Part shown: positions 27,522-37,800 of the stretch, piece by piece
Numbering within the stretch: position 1 is the first letter of the stretch
Layout: each line of letters begins with the position of its first letter
Assembly (NCBI GenBank): GCA_031411295.1
Contig: JANOAV010000072.1
Span: 15,103-79,102 of the forward strand
Length of the DNA: 64,000 nucleotides
From: Verrucomicrobiales bacterium
GTDB taxonomy: Bacteria > Verrucomicrobiota > Verrucomicrobiia > Verrucomicrobiales > V1-33
Direction: 5' to 3'
The notes under the pieces: model-generated
Database searches by the model: none
What the model saw: the letters and a program-made list of their open reading frames with translations, nothing else
Told to the model about the DNA's origin: nothing
Made by a program: the position numbers and the translations under genes

Positions 27522-28436
27522 CTACTTCCCAACTGGCACTCGTTTCACCTGCGTAACCACGAAGCCTTCCTTGCGCAGCAGGGCCACCAGACTTTCTGCC
27601 CCACAGAGGTGGCCGGCTCCTACCAGCATCATGGTGGGCGTCGCTTCAGTTAGCATTTGCTTCACCTTCGGCAGCCAGCGGAGGTTGCGATCCCGCAGGA
27701 GGACCTTTTCCATTTCCGGCAGTTCTGCGAAACTCTCGGTCATGGTTTTGGCCACGACTTCTGTGTCCCCGGCCCGCCAAGCCTCCAGAAGTTTGGCGAG
27801 TTCTTCCTTAGCCTCCTTGGCCTCATGGATTGCCTGCACGACCATTTGATCCTGCATCACCTCGCTGAAACCGCCCAGCAGGCGGAATTGTTCGTCCATC
27901 GTTTCCAGGCCAGTTCCGAGCTTCTTTTCCTGCTCCAACCGATTCCGGAAATAGACGTCGATCCCCCGGTCGGCCTTCATGCCGGACTCCTCGTAAGCGT
28001 GTTGGGTAATGGTCAGGGCGATCAGCCACGGCTTAAATTGCACCAATCCCGCCAGGGGCACACCTTTCTCCTTGGCCCAATCTTGGAGGATTTTGTAAGT
28101 GTCCGCGCTGAGTTTCTCCTCCAGCTTGCCGTCCTTGATCACGGCATATTTCATCAGGGCCGGCTGCGCCTTGGCCGGGTCCATTTCGTCCGGTGGAACT
28201 TCCATGACCACGCGCTGGCTTTGTTTGAAGGCAGTTTCGTAGGCTGCCGGCAGCGGGAAATCCTGCTCTTGCATCAGGTGAACCGATCCGCAAAGGAACA
28301 TGGGGGCTTTGCCACCTTCGACTTTGAAAACAATCCCTTGGGAGACGGGCTTGCTGGCGTCCTGCGCAGGAAGCAGGACGGGCAGAGCCGAAACGGACAA
28401 AACGGACAACGAGAGTGCACGGAACAGTTTCATCAT
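27522..28436 (-). CDS. TraB/GumN family protein, secreted
   Basis: FLCGSVHL, GIDVYF, GLETMDEQ, LRDRN..W, VGAGHL; signal peptide from MMKLFRA. Confidence 0.85.
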   Translation of the reverse strand: MMKLFRALSLSVLSVSALPVLLPAQDASKPVSQGIVFKVEGGKAPMFLCGSVHLMQEQDFPLPAAYETAFKQSQRVVMEVPPDEMDPAKAQPALMKYAVIKDGKLEEKLSADTYKILQDWAKEKGVPLAGLVQFKPWLIALTITQHAYEESGMKADRGIDVYFRNRLEQEKKLGTGLETMDEQFRLLGGFSEVMQDQMVVQAIHEAKEAKEELAKLLEAWRAGDTEVVAKTMTESFAELPEMEKVLLRDRNLRWLPKVKQMLTEATPTMMLVGAGHLCGAESLVALLRKEGFVVTQVKRVPVGK

Positions 28437-28460
28437 GGCAAGTATGGCGCATATTGGGAA

Positions 28461-28886
28461 ATGCCGAGCGAAATTATTGTCCCACCTCCCTGGTCCTGTT
28501 TGCTGGCCCGGATGTTGTATCATCGGGCCTTCACCTGGGCCTGCAGCTTGTTGTCGCTGGCATTGTTGAGCGCCCGCATGATGCAGGTCACGCTGCCGAC
28601 GTGTCCCCTCAAGCAATGGAGCGGTCGGCCGTGTCCCACCTGCGGACTCACCAGCAGTGCTTGGAGCACACTGCATGGTCAGTGGCGGGAAGCGTTTCGT
28701 TTCCACTGGTTCGGTCCGGTGCTTCTGTTGCTAGGTCTGGCAATGCTGGTCAGCAGCGCCCTCCCGACGGAGCCCAGGCGACGGTTGGTCGCCTGGCTGA
28801 CGCGTTGGGAGATGCGGACCCGCAGCGGGTGGATCCTGCTGGGGGCATTTGTTGCGTATGGAATAGGTCGGTTGGTCGTGGCCTAA
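28461..28886 (+). CDS. DUF2752 family membrane protein
   Basis: CPLKQWSGRPCPTCGLTSS...HG.W.EAF.FH motif with TM helices; start estimated at MPSEII. Confidence 0.7.
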   Translation: MPSEIIVPPPWSCLLARMLYHRAFTWACSLLSLALLSARMMQVTLPTCPLKQWSGRPCPTCGLTSSAWSTLHGQWREAFRFHWFGPVLLLLGLAMLVSSALPTEPRRRLVAWLTRWEMRTRSGWILLGAFVAYGIGRLVVA

Positions 28887-29030
28887 TCAGCTACCGCAGC
28901 AGCAGAATCGTCACATTCCAGCTACCATCGAACGTCGCGCCTTTCGAATCACCCGAAACGCGTGTGTCTGTTAAAAATCCTTTGGGAGCACGGCACTCGC
29001 CTGTAGAGTGAACGGCGTCGAACGCTCACC

Positions 29031-31712
29031 ATGAAAACTCTTTACGCTTCAATCATTGGCAAAGTATCCCTCGCTGGGTCTAGACCAGTCCACGAGCTTA
29101 ACCGGCAGATGCTTACTTTTCTTATGCTAATGTTTCTTAATCGGTCCACATCAGCTCAGGCGGCAGCGCTGGAGTTTAGCAATCCAGCGGGGGTCGTGCT
29201 GGGAGCAAGTGGCGGAGCCCCCAGTCCCTCTTTAGTAACAGTTAGCGGGATAGCCGATGCTGTGGCATCCGTGCGGGTGAAACTGAATGGGGTCACGCAT
29301 CCCGAGCCAATGGATTTGGACATTTTTCTGGTGAGTCCCACTGGAAGGGTGGCCGCCCTTATGTCCGATGGAGGAGGTGATGGGTTGCATCCCATGGATA
29401 ATGTGAACCTGGTCTTGGATGACCGTGCCGCTTTGGTGCTGCCGTATGGTGGGGCCACGCCCAGCGGCAGTTATCGGCCAGTGGACAATGAGCCTGGGGA
29501 GCCTCCACCCGCTGCTACCACCGGACCAATCGGAACAAATCTAACGGCGTTGGTCAATGGAGGGGTGAATGGGGTGTGGAAATTGTATGTCAGCAATGAC
29601 CGTCAGCTTTTCACAGGTTCCCTTACTTCGTGGGCTTTGGTTATTGAGACTGGTTCCCCTACGCCGAGGTTGCTGGTGGAACAGAGACCCGGAGCACCAC
29701 TATCGGATGGAGCTTTAGTGGATTTCACTGATCTGCCGATCGGGACCACGGCGGATCTTGAATTTAGCGTTACCAATCTGGGAAACGCTGCTCTGAAATT
29801 TTCCAACACACCGAAAGTGGCGCTCAGCGGCGTTGATGCGGGCAGCTTTACCATTTCCACCCTGCCCTCCTCCCCAGTCAGCCCGGATGGAGGACGCACT
29901 ACCTTTACGGTTCGGTTCTCTCCCATTACGGCCGGAGCGAAGAGTGCGATGGTGTCTTTGCTCACCAACGACGCAGAGCGCGATCCTTTCCGGATTAAGC
30001 TCCATGGTGTCGGCGGACAAACCCAGATTCTGCATTCCTTTCGCGATGGAACCTATTTGAATGACGTGAGTTATCCCGATGGTCCTTTGGCGGTCGGGGG
30101 CACCACACTCTATGGCGGGGGCACCGCAGCGGGGGCAGGTTCTGGCAATGGAGGCATTTATAAAATGAACACCGATGGCACTGGATACGCCGTGCTGCAC
30201 AGCTTCAGTGGCGGCACCGGAGATGGCAGCCGACCTCATACCGGAGTTAACCTCTCCGGTTCAACGCTTTACGGTATGACCCTTTACGGTGGCGCTGGTT
30301 CCACGATTGGCAATATTGGGCCAGGCACGATTTTCAAAATGACCACAACCGGAGCCAGCTGTTCCCTGCTTCATGTCTTCAGTGAAGGGTCGGCTAGTGG
30401 TGGAGGACTTACATTAGTGGGGGCCAATCTCTATGGCGTGCAAGCGGGAGCTGCTCAGAATGGATTGGATATGTTTTCCCTGACCACCAGTGGCACGGGA
30501 TTCGTGAAAACGCATCATTTTCCACAAGGTAACTACAGCAGCCATCTGGAGGGCCCGTTAGTGCCCGTGGGCGGCAGCTTCTATGGCGTAATGTATGCCG
30601 ATGGCACCCATGATAGTGGCACCATATTCAAAATCAATGCCAATGGCACGGGCTACGTGATGCTGCATGATTTTGCAGGCGGATCAGATGGTTCGCTACC
30701 TGTCGGCGGACTCACTCTCAGTGGCACTGCGCTCTACGGGTTCACCACCAGTGGGGGAGCAAGCGATAAGGGAACCCTCTTCAAAATTAACACCGATGGC
30801 ACGGGCTATCAAGTGCTGTTGAACTTTGACGATGTAATCACGTTTGGATTTTATCCGGTTGGGCCTCCTCTGGTCTTTGGTGGTAAAATCTACGGCATGA
30901 CCGACTCAGGCGGCACCGGACTAGTAGGTGAGGGAGTTCTATTTCAAGCTAACCCAGACGGAACCGCTTATCAAATTCTGCATTCTTTTGGAACTCTACC
31001 CAATGACGCCACCAGGCCTGCCAGCGGTTTGGTAGTCGTGGGGACCACCCTTTACGGCACCACCTATACCGGAGGGGCCACGAACCGGGGAACGATCTTA
31101 AAATTCAATCTCGGAACTCCCCCCGTGATCTATGGAACCACGGTCTATGTGCTCCCCGCCGGCGGCGGGAGCGTCATCGGAGATGGTCCCGCCAGTGCGG
31201 GTGCCACCGTCTCACTGGTAGCGGTCCCCAAGACGGGGTTTGCTTTTGCTGATTGGACGGAGGCGGGTGCGGTCATTGGCACCAACCCCAGTTATAGTTT
31301 TACCTCCACCGCAAGCCGCACATTCACGGCAAATTTCCGCCAGCTGAGCGGGCTAGAAACTTGGCGACTATCTCATTTTGGCGACAGCAATAATACTGGT
31401 AATGGAGCAGACCTCACCGATTTCGACCGCGATGGGCTCGTGAACTTGGTGGAATACGGCTTTGGTTTGGACCCTACCAAACCAGGGGCTTGGCAACTGC
31501 CCGTCGCTCAACGCGTGGGGGGAAACTTCGTGCTGACCTTCACGCAACCTTCCAATATTGGAGGGATCACCTATGGTGCGCAGTATACCATGAGCTTGAA
31601 CAGCGGTTGGACCAGCGTTCCAGACACTGGTGGCGGAACGATTCATATCTTTAGTGTTCCCATCGCGTTGCGTGAAAAATTGTTCCTGCGACTCGTAGTC
31701 AGTAGCCCCTAA
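29031..31712 (+). CDS. Surface protein: proprotein-convertase P-like domain, choice-of-anchor D-like Ig domain, GloVer-type tandem repeats, C-terminal beta domain
   Basis: DLDIFLVSP.G...NGVWKLYVS; F.VTNLGNAAL; repeated LYG.T..GG....GTIFKIN.DGTGY..LH.F; C-terminal D.D.DG..NLVEYGFGLDP...LFLRL. Confidence 0.75.
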   Translation: MKTLYASIIGKVSLAGSRPVHELNRQMLTFLMLMFLNRSTSAQAAALEFSNPAGVVLGASGGAPSPSLVTVSGIADAVASVRVKLNGVTHPEPMDLDIFLVSPTGRVAALMSDGGGDGLHPMDNVNLVLDDRAALVLPYGGATPSGSYRPVDNEPGEPPPAATTGPIGTNLTALVNGGVNGVWKLYVSNDRQLFTGSLTSWALVIETGSPTPRLLVEQRPGAPLSDGALVDFTDLPIGTTADLEFSVTNLGNAALKFSNTPKVALSGVDAGSFTISTLPSSPVSPDGGRTTFTVRFSPITAGAKSAMVSLLTNDAERDPFRIKLHGVGGQTQILHSFRDGTYLNDVSYPDGPLAVGGTTLYGGGTAAGAGSGNGGIYKMNTDGTGYAVLHSFSGGTGDGSRPHTGVNLSGSTLYGMTLYGGAGSTIGNIGPGTIFKMTTTGASCSLLHVFSEGSASGGGLTLVGANLYGVQAGAAQNGLDMFSLTTSGTGFVKTHHFPQGNYSSHLEGPLVPVGGSFYGVMYADGTHDSGTIFKINANGTGYVMLHDFAGGSDGSLPVGGLTLSGTALYGFTTSGGASDKGTLFKINTDGTGYQVLLNFDDVITFGFYPVGPPLVFGGKIYGMTDSGGTGLVGEGVLFQANPDGTAYQILHSFGTLPNDATRPASGLVVVGTTLYGTTYTGGATNRGTILKFNLGTPPVIYGTTVYVLPAGGGSVIGDGPASAGATVSLVAVPKTGFAFADWTEAGAVIGTNPSYSFTSTASRTFTANFRQLSGLETWRLSHFGDSNNTGNGADLTDFDRDGLVNLVEYGFGLDPTKPGAWQLPVAQRVGGNFVLTFTQPSNIGGITYGAQYTMSLNSGWTSVPDTGGGTIHIFSVPIALREKLFLRLVVSSP

Positions 31713-31771
31713 ATGCGACTTACCCTTGAGAGCTGCATATCCCGTGGCGCAAGACATTGCTGGTTCCGACT

Positions 31772-32176
31772 TTACTTGCCGGAACGGCAGAGCAGCCCGC
31801 ACCAGTGAGCACGCTCGGTCCAGAGGAGATAGAGCGGGGCCAAAGTGATGAGGGCCATCACCGGGGCGGCTTTGCCCAGCATCGCTCCATTAAACAGGAA
31901 GACTTGCACCGCCCAAATGTTTACGATGATCGGACCCAGAATTAATAAGCCAAGATTGCGCGTCCTGGGAATCGCCACCAACAGCCCGCCCAGGACTTCC
32001 AACGCCTTGACCAAGCCGAGGTAGCCCGTGCCGAACATCGCCCCCATAAAGTTGGCTGGTGGAGAGCCCTCGGGCGGCATCGGCTGCGCAGGCATGAAAT
32101 GCAGGAAGAAATCGGCTCCGAAGACGACGAAGAGGAGGCCGAGCAGGCCTCCAGCGATGGTGGGTAGGTGTTTCAT
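31772..32176 (-). CDS. DoxX-like membrane protein
   Basis: LLGLLFVVFG..F, F..A...TGY...VKALEVLGG, LGPIIVNI. Confidence 0.7.
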   Translation of the reverse strand: MKHLPTIAGGLLGLLFVVFGADFFLHFMPAQPMPPEGSPPANFMGAMFGTGYLGLVKALEVLGGLLVAIPRTRNLGLLILGPIIVNIWAVQVFLFNGAMLGKAAPVMALITLAPLYLLWTERAHWCGLLCRSGK

Positions 32177-32239
32177 GGATAATTTGGTTTGTTTTGGTTT
32201 TGGTTTGACTAGAAATTAGACTGCAAAGATGAAGAATGT

Positions 32240-32941
32240 TTAAGCGAGATCAAACAGCAAGGCCTCCGCATCCTCCGTGGCCGAGATGGCCAGGGTTCCA
32301 GCATCTTCCGTGCTGACCGCATCGCCTGGTTTCAGGGTGGTCGAGTTGGCTGTCACTTGGCCTTTGATCAACTGCAGCCAAGCCGCCCGACCGCTCGTTA
32401 CCTCATGGGTGATGGCTTGACCAGCGGATAGCCGCACGCGGTAAATATCGGCATCCTGATGAATCGTGGCAGATTGCTCCCGCCCATCCGCAGAAATGAC
32501 GAGCACCTTGGGAGCACGGTCGTGCGCTTCGCTCGGGTGCCATTCGGTGTAGCTCGGACGCAGATTTTTCGTCTGCGGATGAATCCAGATTTGCAGCAAA
32601 TGTAGTGGTTCTTCCTTGCTGGGATTGAACTCACTGTGCGTCACTCCCGTGCCCGCGCTCATGAGTTGAATCTGACCCGGCAGCAGGACCCGACCATTGC
32701 CCATGCTATCCTTATGGGCGATGGCTCCCGACACCACGTAACTGAAGATTTCCATTTCCCGATGCGGATGCGTGGGGAAACCCGCCCCGGCAGCCACGAT
32801 GTCTTGGTTGATGACCCGCAGCGAACGGAACCCCATAAAGTTAGGGTCGTAGTAGTCGGCAAACGAAAAGGAATGTTGCGTCTGGAGCCAGCCGTGATCG
32901 GCGTGACCGCGGTCGGATGATTTGCGAAGCGTAAGTTTCAT
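32240..32941 (-). CDS. Pirin family protein
   Basis: RGHADHGWL...HSFSFADYYDP..MGF.SLRVIN.D, HPHREMEI, MSAGTGVTHSE. Confidence 0.93.
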   Translation of the reverse strand: MKLTLRKSSDRGHADHGWLQTQHSFSFADYYDPNFMGFRSLRVINQDIVAAGAGFPTHPHREMEIFSYVVSGAIAHKDSMGNGRVLLPGQIQLMSAGTGVTHSEFNPSKEEPLHLLQIWIHPQTKNLRPSYTEWHPSEAHDRAPKVLVISADGREQSATIHQDADIYRVRLSAGQAITHEVTSGRAAWLQLIKGQVTANSTTLKPGDAVSTEDAGTLAISATEDAEALLFDLA

Positions 32942-33026
32942 AAGATAATTGGTTATGGTCTGACAGGACCTAAGTTGATGCTACGATCATGCCCCAAGCC
33001 GGAGCGGGAGTGAAATACTATATTGC

Positions 33027-33054
33027 TTGACTGACTATACCTGAAAGGTATGCT
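33027..33054 (+). promoter_or_regulatory. LysR T-N11-A box overlapping a putative lysR promoter
   Basis: ATACC-TGAAA-GGTAT dyad (33037-33051) within TTGACT-16 nt-TATGCT, between divergent lysR and pirin genes. Confidence 0.6.
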
Positions 33055-33063
33055 CACAGCATC

Positions 33064-33939
33064 ATGGAATTACGCCACCTGCGCTACTTCGTGGCAGTGG
33101 CGGAGACGCAGAATATCTCCCAGGCTGCCGCCAAACTCAATGTCTCCCAGCCACCGCTGAGTCGCCAGATCCGCGATTTGGAGGAAGAACTGGGCGTGGC
33201 CTTGTTTGAACGCAGTGCCAAGGCGGTGCGTCTAACGGAATCCGGGCGCGTCTTTCTGGGCGAAGCCCAAGCGGTATTGCAACGGGCCGCCGAAGCCATA
33301 ATCGCAGTCAAAGCGGCCGCTGGTGGCTGCCTGGGGGAAATTCACGTGGGCTTCGCGCCTTCCCTCACGGTGGAAATTTTACCCTTGGCGCTGCGTCGAT
33401 TTCAGGAGGCCAATCCAGGCGTGAAGGTGACCCTACACGATCTCTCCAGCGAAGAACTCCGCCACGGTCTACGGGAACGCAAACTCAATCTGGCCCTCAC
33501 GGTCAGTGATCCGCACCAGCGCCCGCGCGGGCTCCAATTTATTCCGCTGCGCGAATACGCCATTTGCGTAGCCCTGTCCCCCACCCATCCGCTGGCATCC
33601 GCAAAATCCGTCCGGTTGTCCCAGGCCGCGCAGGATCGGCTCATTGCCTACAGTCGGCAGGAATATCCGGAGTATCATGAATGGCTGGGTGAGTTATTCT
33701 CCAAGCAACCTTCCGGCCCCCAAGTGGCGGAGGAGCACGCGAGCGTCACCAGCTTGATTGCCGCCATCGAAGCCGGACGGGGCATTGCCATCGTGCCGTC
33801 ATGCCTTTCCTGCCTGGCCGGGCCCCGCCTCACCCTGAAACCACTGTTGCCGGCTCCCACCCCCCTGCACGTGGGAATCCTGCATCGGCGGGAAAAACTC
33901 TCCGCCCAGGAAATGTCGTTCATTGCGGCCGCCCACTAG
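33064..33939 (+). CDS. LysR family transcriptional regulator
   Basis: MELRHLRYFVAVAE..N.S.AA..LNVSQPPLSRQIRDLEEELG. Confidence 0.95.
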   Translation: MELRHLRYFVAVAETQNISQAAAKLNVSQPPLSRQIRDLEEELGVALFERSAKAVRLTESGRVFLGEAQAVLQRAAEAIIAVKAAAGGCLGEIHVGFAPSLTVEILPLALRRFQEANPGVKVTLHDLSSEELRHGLRERKLNLALTVSDPHQRPRGLQFIPLREYAICVALSPTHPLASAKSVRLSQAAQDRLIAYSRQEYPEYHEWLGELFSKQPSGPQVAEEHASVTSLIAAIEAGRGIAIVPSCLSCLAGPRLTLKPLLPAPTPLHVGILHRREKLSAQEMSFIAAAH

Positions 33940-33954
33940 CCCGCCATGGCTGCA

Positions 33955-34803
33955 TTACTGCGCCAAACTTTGCTTCACCAAATCCAACGAAGCCGTGCCA
34001 ATGGCAAAGCCGAGCGTCACCACTAACACCATGAGAGAATCATGGATGCGGTCGTCCTGCAACGCGCTGATGGCCGTGAGTTCCGCGTCGTTCAGCAGGA
34101 AAATTTGCCCGTCCCGCCAGCCGGCAATTTCCAAAGCATCCGGCACCAACTGCGTGTCATTCGTCATGCCGATGTAGGAGCTCCCGAGCGGCTGCCCCCA
34201 CTTGTCCAGGGCACTGGGAAGCGCGCAGACGATCCCTTCCGGCCAGCCCGCGCCCGCTTCATCCGTGGCGGTGCGAATGGCTTCACCGAGAAATTTCCGC
34301 AAGGCGCGACGTTGTTCTCCCTTGATTGGGATCGCCTCACCACCCGCGCGTTCCCACAAAATTTCCTGGTCCCGCGCAAACGACCAACGCCGCCCCGCCC
34401 AGGAAATTTTGATCCCGCTCTGGCCCAAGTCGCACACCATGCCGCGCAGACCCATTTCCTCCAGAATCATCATGCCGCCCGCCTCTCCGGCAAAGCGGCC
34501 GCCGCAGCCCTGCCAAATGGGCAGCCCCGTAGCTGCCGCCACGGCCGCAAAGTCCACTCCGTCCGTGGCCCCGCCATCGACATAAACGCCATCATACTCC
34601 ACCCAATCCATCGTCTGCATCAGCTTGCCAAAGGCCGCCTCTTGCAGATTGGAAATCAAGCGCACTAACGCCTCCGTCCTCAGGCTGGTCCCCTCTGTTG
34701 GCTCATCCGATGTTTCCGTCAGAAAGGGGACCGAGGAGAATCCGCGAACGAAATCAAGGTTGATGCGAGTTTGAGTGAATTCCGGAAACGACGTCACAGC
34801 CAT
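33955..34803 (-). CDS. ROK-like (ASKHA fold) protein
   Basis: DLGQSGIK, LLNDAELTA, VTLGFAIGTA resemble ROK motifs; N-terminus atypical. Confidence 0.5.
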   Translation of the reverse strand: MAVTSFPEFTQTRINLDFVRGFSSVPFLTETSDEPTEGTSLRTEALVRLISNLQEAAFGKLMQTMDWVEYDGVYVDGGATDGVDFAAVAAATGLPIWQGCGGRFAGEAGGMMILEEMGLRGMVCDLGQSGIKISWAGRRWSFARDQEILWERAGGEAIPIKGEQRRALRKFLGEAIRTATDEAGAGWPEGIVCALPSALDKWGQPLGSSYIGMTNDTQLVPDALEIAGWRDGQIFLLNDAELTAISALQDDRIHDSLMVLVVTLGFAIGTASLDLVKQSLAQ

Positions 34804-34877
34804 TACTTTTGGGATGAGGGTTTCAATGCGGCAGTCCGAAACTTAGACCGGGAGGCTTCACTGGCAACCGAGGAAAT

Positions 34878-37800
34878 TCACTTCACCAACTCCAGCAGTC
34901 GCGCTTTGATTTGCTCGTAGTTGCTGTTCCCCAACGGGCCGTTGGCCGACCAGAAACGATGGCTAACTGTGTTCGCGTTCTTGTTATCGATGATGGAAAA
35001 GTGGGTGGCCCCTGGTAAAATTTCGAAGGATTTCCACATATGGAATTCTCCCTCCTGCGGTGTTGCGCTGGTCACTTTAGGTGGGACGGATGTCTGACCC
35101 AGGCCTGTAATCCACTTCTTCAATGCGGTTAGTCTTGCCGGCTCGAGCTTTCGTTCTATCATTCGGTCGGGCGTGGGGAGGAACTGGATCTTCCCATCTT
35201 CCGCAATCTTCAGCTTCAGCATCCTTTCACCGTCCGATTGCTCCTCCTTCCATTCGATAACGCCATGGCGTTGGTTTGCTAACGCACGACTCAAGGCATA
35301 TTTGATGGCTCTGGCGTCCAACTCCTGCAGACATTTTCTGATGTTCGTCAGTTCATTTTCTTTTGTTATGTTGTCGGTCGGAAAAAGTGCCAAAACCTTG
35401 CTGTCAGGCTGGATGCGCAGAAAAATCTCCGGCTTGAAATGCCATGGGTTGTCGGGCTCGGCATCCGCGCTGGAAACTTCTTGGTTTTTAGTATCAGGAG
35501 CGTGCGAGTCGTGGACCTTGATCCTAAATGTTTGGCGCTGGAACGTCTGCCCATCCACGACAAATTTCTCAGGTGCATCCGAAGCCCAGTTCGCTGGCAG
35601 CTTGCTAACCGTCCCGTCCTTGTGCTCCACAATGACGTCCCCATGCAGGCTCCAGGCTTCTTCTTTGGTCCGTGTGTCCACTGTTAGAGTGTGTTTCAAC
35701 GGCTCGCTGGAGTAGATTCTCACCCGCTCCACGCCACGCGTGATAACCAACAGGGAACCCTCCGCATCCTGCAAGAGTTCCACTTTCGGCACGGCCCTGG
35801 CTTGGTCCTGAGCGGCCTTGAGCGCCTCCCGCCGCCGAACTTCCTCCTCCGGTCCCTGCACCATATTCATCAACACCTTGCCGGTGGTGAAGGATTTCAT
35901 CGGGACTTGCGGGCGAATGATTTGATCGAGATCAAACCAGAGCCGACACGTCCTTTCATTCTCTGGGAGATGAATGGATGGCGCAGGTTGGTCGGCAAAC
36001 TGGGAAATAGTAATGGCATCAATGGAGAATGCTAACTGCTCGCCTGGGCCGAGTTTCTTGGTAATCAGCGCATCGTTGCCAAACAATTTCCCAAACCACT
36101 CCTGACAGGTGAGCGCATTGCCGTGCTCGTCCTCCGCCAGGAAATGCAGCGTATTGGAAGACTGGCATAACGTAAACTCCCGAGTCTCTGTGGCTGAAGT
36201 GTTTTGCACCACAATCCAGCCTGCGCAGGGCTCACCCCACACCGACTTGCCCAGCATGATCAGGCCCGCCTGCAATCCCTGCTGCTCCGCGCCCCAAGCC
36301 GTGATCGTATTCAATTCGTTCACCACGCCTTTACCTGCGGCCACCTTCTTGCAGTGCTCCGCAAATGTCATTGTGGCATGGGCGTCCCGCCCATCAGCCC
36401 TGCGACTACCCGGAACAATGGAAACTTTCGGCTTCGGAGGAGACTGGACTTTGGTGGGATCAGGCGTTGAATCTGCGGGGGATGCCTCTAGGCTAACGGG
36501 CGGGACGCCCGTGCCACGTTCAAGGAGAGGGGGCGTCCCGCCCCCCTTGTTATCATTTTCTTTTTCAGGAGGGGCGGGCCGCCCCTCCTCCTTTATGGCC
36601 TTGATTTCCGGGAGGATCAGGGGGGCTGGTTTCACGTTAGGTTTCTCTACCTCCACGGTGAACTGGCTGCTGGCCACGTGCGATTTCTCCCCGTCCTTGC
36701 TAAAGAAGATTTGATACCGCCCGGGCAGCATTCCTGGAATGGCGAAGCTGCCATCCACATTCACTTTCAAGCCATCGCGGAAAAACACCGGGCCCTTGGG
36801 ACTGTTCTGGAAATCGCGCCACGCTTGCCACATCATATCATCGCCTGCGAAACCAATGTGTGGCGCAGTCGGATGAAAATGAAACGTCACGCCATCCCAG
36901 TTGTCCCGACCCATTAGTTGCCCTTTCACCAGGCGACCCACGCCGCCCATCGTCACTTCAGTTTGCGGTGCTTTCACATCCGCATGAATGGTCATGCCGT
37001 CTTGATAGGTGGTGAACTCAGCCCCCTTGGCATCCTTTGTTTTAAAAGGAATGGAAAGCTGCGCCAAGCCCGGCAACACCCGCTCGAAAGTGAAATTCCC
37101 CTCCGCATCCGCCGTGGTGGAATCGCTCTGGGAAATGATGTCAGGGTAACCATAAGCATCCCCGTGGTTCACCGAGAGATCTATCGTCTCGCCAGCGCCC
37201 ACTCGGTCACCCCAATGAACACGCCCGCGAATCCTCCCCCATGGTTGAAGCGTCACGTTAGGGTTTACCAGCCATTTGGCGTAAGACATTTCCAGCACGC
37301 CGTCTTGGTGATAAATCAGCACCACCGCGGTGGGATCGATTTCTGTGGGAAGAGTAAATTTCCCCGCGTCATCTGCACTCACACTGCGCGGCCGATCCCA
37401 TTGCTCCCGTGGAGTTGTCGGACCTCCTGCTAAATCTGCAATGTCATCTGAATGCGCTTCTTTCGCGAGATAACGGAAATTGCGTCGAATCATGGCCAGG
37501 ACCACCGTGGCCTTACTGGCAGGCGACTTTCCATCCGGCAAGGTGACACTTCCTGACACACCTTGATCAGGCACAAACTTGAAAGACAACTCCTGCCCAC
37601 CTTTCTTCCGATCCAATCCAGCCACCATCTGCGGCACATAACCATCCGCTTCAACCCGCAGCGCCATGTCATCATAGGCCTTATCCAGCGGCCAAATCAG
37701 CCCTTCCCGATGCCCGAAATGCAGCGTGTGGGATTGCCAATTCGCCACCTTCACATTATGCGCTTTTTCAAATTCAGCGGAAACACTCGACGGCACGCCA

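Noticed and set aside
27522..28436. Conjugation gene (TraB name)
   Set aside because: TraB/GumN is a Tiki-like protease-fold family, and no T4SS or relaxase genes are nearby.
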